Assembly: GCA_963843555.1 (NCBI GenBank)
Contig: CAWJKV010000005.1
Location: 256,001 to 320,000 of the forward strand
Reading direction: 5' to 3'
DNA from: an uncultured Methanosarcinales archaeon
GTDB taxonomy: Archaea > Halobacteriota > Methanosarcinia > Methanotrichales > Methanotrichaceae
Length of the DNA stretch: 64,000 nucleotides
Shown here: positions 61,613 to 64,000 of the stretch, piece by piece
How positions within the stretch are numbered: the first letter of the stretch is position 1
Layout of the letters: every line of letters starts with the position of its first letter
Notes under the pieces: model-generated
Seen by the model: the letters and a program-made list of their open reading frames with translations, nothing else
What the model was told of the DNA's origin: nothing
The model's database searches: none
Translations under genes and position numbers: made by a program

Positions 61613-61739
61613 ATCTCCTTTCAGCTTTTACCCATCTTTTTTTCGGCCAGTTCATTATGCTTTTTGGAATCTTTAACTTTAGCAAAAATATTACGGAATA
61701 TTTCTATATGGATAATAAAAGAATGTAATAAAAAGAGTA

Positions 61740-62012
61740 TTAGAGCTCTTCTAACTTCTCGATGGAGACCTTCTTGACATTCGGCTTCCAGATATTGGTT
61801 GGCATCCAGCTGGGTGCATTGGAGGGCTTTGGCACCTGTATTCGCTCGCCCTGAAAGATATGAACCTTCTTGGTCCCTCTTTCCCGGAGCCTTATGTCGG
61901 TGAAGCCGCGGTTTGCCGCCTTCAGGGCAGCTTGTCTGGGTTGCTTTCCGGAAAAGACTCCGATCTCATTTCCATCCCTGTCCCGCAATGCGAAATTCCT
62001 TTTTTCTATCAT
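61740..62012 (-). CDS. Non-histone chromosomal protein MC1
   Basis: KRNFALRD..GNEIGVFSGKQPRQAALKAANRG, IRLRERGTKKVHIF, WMP..IWKPNVKK. Confidence 0.95.
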   Translation of the reverse strand: MIEKRNFALRDRDGNEIGVFSGKQPRQAALKAANRGFTDIRLRERGTKKVHIFQGERIQVPKPSNAPSWMPTNIWKPNVKKVSIEKLEEL

Positions 62013-62223
62013 ATTTTTATTCCTCTTCAAAGCCGTGTGCGTCGGGCAATAAGCCGTGCAGCATGTCTATATAACATCTACTCTTATATTAATCTTTTGT
62101 TTGGTTCAAGAATTTGTAGAGAGTTTTCAAGAAAACAACATTTATCCCTGATCAATCTCAATGCCAGGAAAGGGACGCCCAAGAGGAATGACTTTTTATT
62201 CTGGCCGGAACTCTCATCCATTC

Positions 62224-62769
62224 ATGGCATGGGTCATGTGGTTCACGGGCCTTCCGGGCTGCGGGAAGACCACTATTGCAGATCGAGTCAAGGAGAAGCT
62301 CTCTGAAGAAGGGATATATGCCAAAATACTGCAACTGGATGAGATCAGAAGGGCCATAACTCCAGAGCCCAAATATACAGAAGAGGAGAGGGATATCGTT
62401 TATGCGAGCCTGGCCTACATGGCAAAGCTCCTGGCAGACGAGGGAATAAATGTTATGGTAGATGCGACTGCCAATAGACGTCGTTATCGTGACTTCGCCC
62501 GCCTTTTAATCCCGAATTTCGGCGAGATATTCATCCGCGCACCCCTGGAGATCTGCAGGACCCGAGAAGAGAAGAGAAAGGCAAAATTCTCCCCCAAAGG
62601 CATCTACAAGAAAGCCTCAGAAAAGGAGGCGACAGTTCCCGGAGTCAATGTGGCCTACGAGGAGCCCCTGGCAGCAGAGATTGTTGTGGACACATTGGAA
62701 ATGAACGTCGAAGAGAGTGCCAGGTTTATAGCGGATCGGATCCTGGACCTCGATTGGTCAAAGAAATGA
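62224..62769 (+). CDS. Adenylyl-sulfate kinase-like P-loop kinase
   Basis: WFTGLPGCGKTT, LQLDEIR, VPGVNVAYEEP. Confidence 0.8.
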   Translation: MAWVMWFTGLPGCGKTTIADRVKEKLSEEGIYAKILQLDEIRRAITPEPKYTEEERDIVYASLAYMAKLLADEGINVMVDATANRRRYRDFARLLIPNFGEIFIRAPLEICRTREEKRKAKFSPKGIYKKASEKEATVPGVNVAYEEPLAAEIVVDTLEMNVEESARFIADRILDLDWSKK

Positions 62770-62835
62770 TCTAAGACCCAATCCCGGAAAGATTAAAATA
62801 CAGTCACTTAGACCTTTATTCAGGAAGTGTGATGC

Positions 62836-63990
62836 TTGAAGTCCAATGCTGGTTTTGTGGGTTTTGATGGTACGGAGAATAAACGAACTCTCTTGGCTCT
62901 GGCAGAGGTCAAGAAGGCCTCGGGCATCGAGGGCGATCTGAATGTGCTGCTCAGAAAACCCCATGGCAGGGCCCTGTCAATCGTCGCCAAATTCAACCGC
63001 TTGTATGGAGTGAAGGCCTTCGTCAGCGACGTGGCCAATAAGGAGAAGTGGGAGAAGGCAGGAGTAAAGATCGAGGGCGGCTATGACGATTTCTTTGCGG
63101 CATCGGATTTTGTGATGGTGGGGACACCGGGCGACGAGGAGCTGCCTTATGTCGAGTCTGGCCTTGCCAACGACTGCTTCGTCTCCCTCATGGGCGGCGC
63201 GGACCGGCCGGAGATTCTAAAAGGTTTAACAGAAAGCAAGAAGGTCAAGATCACAGACGAACTCAAGGCTGACTTTGCCCGTGAGTTCTTCTTCGGCCTG
63301 GAGAACTACGAGATGTTTCTCAAGGCCAAGCCCAAGCTGGTGCAGTGCACAAGCTGCAACACCACAGGTCTGTCCCGTCTGGCATTAGCCGCCCGCCCTC
63401 TGGGCTTGACTGCCATTTTAGGCAACATCGATCGCCGGCATGGCGACCCCCACACGGTGGTAAAGGCCTCGCCAAGTGCTATCCAGTTCGGCAAGGGAGC
63501 CGGGCATCAGGGCACGGACGCGGGAACGGTCTTCGAAGAGGTCAAGTTCAATATTCGGGCCAGCAAGGTGCCGACCACAGTGCCGCATACCAACTTCCTG
63601 AACATGATCTTTAAGGGAGATGTAACTCCAGCGCAGTTGGTCGAGCAGTATGCCAAGACCCGGGAGGTTGTGGTCATGCCCTACCAGGATGAGGGCAAGA
63701 AGCATGATTGGACGAGCGAGATTCTGGAGGCCTTCCTCTCCGGCGTGGAGCGGCCCATCAGCCCCGAGATCTTCGAATTGATCGTCTCCGATGCTATCAT
63801 ACCCTTCAAATTGGGAGACTTCACCGTTCTGCAGACTGTTTCCATGGTGGAGCAGATGTCCATCGCTGTGCCAAACCACGTAGAATCCTATCTGCTTTCC
63901 GCGGGATACCCGGCAGCCGATGTGCACGCTTTGGTGGACAAGTCCCTGGGTATCATGCACGGCATCTGGCCGGACAAGCTGAGCTATTGA
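62836..63990 (+). CDS. Divergent archaeal-type (type II) glyceraldehyde-3-phosphate dehydrogenase-like protein
   Basis: TSCNTTGLSR catalytic motif, RRHGDP, HQGTD, KVPTTVPH, SIAVPN. Confidence 0.75.
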   Translation: MKSNAGFVGFDGTENKRTLLALAEVKKASGIEGDLNVLLRKPHGRALSIVAKFNRLYGVKAFVSDVANKEKWEKAGVKIEGGYDDFFAASDFVMVGTPGDEELPYVESGLANDCFVSLMGGADRPEILKGLTESKKVKITDELKADFAREFFFGLENYEMFLKAKPKLVQCTSCNTTGLSRLALAARPLGLTAILGNIDRRHGDPHTVVKASPSAIQFGKGAGHQGTDAGTVFEEVKFNIRASKVPTTVPHTNFLNMIFKGDVTPAQLVEQYAKTREVVVMPYQDEGKKHDWTSEILEAFLSGVERPISPEIFELIVSDAIIPFKLGDFTVLQTVSMVEQMSIAVPNHVESYLLSAGYPAADVHALVDKSLGIMHGIWPDKLSY

Positions 63991-64000
63991 CGGGCTTGGC

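Overview
Chromosomal segment of a methanogenic archaeon, most consistent with Methanothrix (Methanosaeta): mcrB-D-G with no mcrC, cfbC-cfbB, MC1, a DUF1608-type S-layer gene and the spt5-rpl11-rpl1-rpl10-rpl12 cluster. It also holds topA, pelota, three tRNAs (Asn with an intron, Ile2, Thr), tupABC, glgP, purP, ahcY, trm11, five toxin-antitoxin loci or remnants, an M36 peptidase and a CHAT-STAND-TPR gene. Many genes, including essential ribosomal proteins, are split by small indels, which is best read as long-read assembly error. The most striking element is a two-gene unit at 16235-19477: a cobalamin-binding radical SAM enzyme followed by a 463-aa protein with 14 E-P-[V/A]-[H/Q] motifs, eight of them in a tandem W-x-E-P-[V/A]-H array. 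This looks like a multi-core RiPP or protein-modification system. Also notable are a long G-U-rich hairpin filling the mcrB leader, an uncalled 35-aa zinc-ribbon ORF next to a candidate ncRNA, an L1-binding leader, a pseudo-caspase NLR-like protein and several paralogs with eroded catalytic motifs. All family calls are by eye from motifs; no database searches were run.
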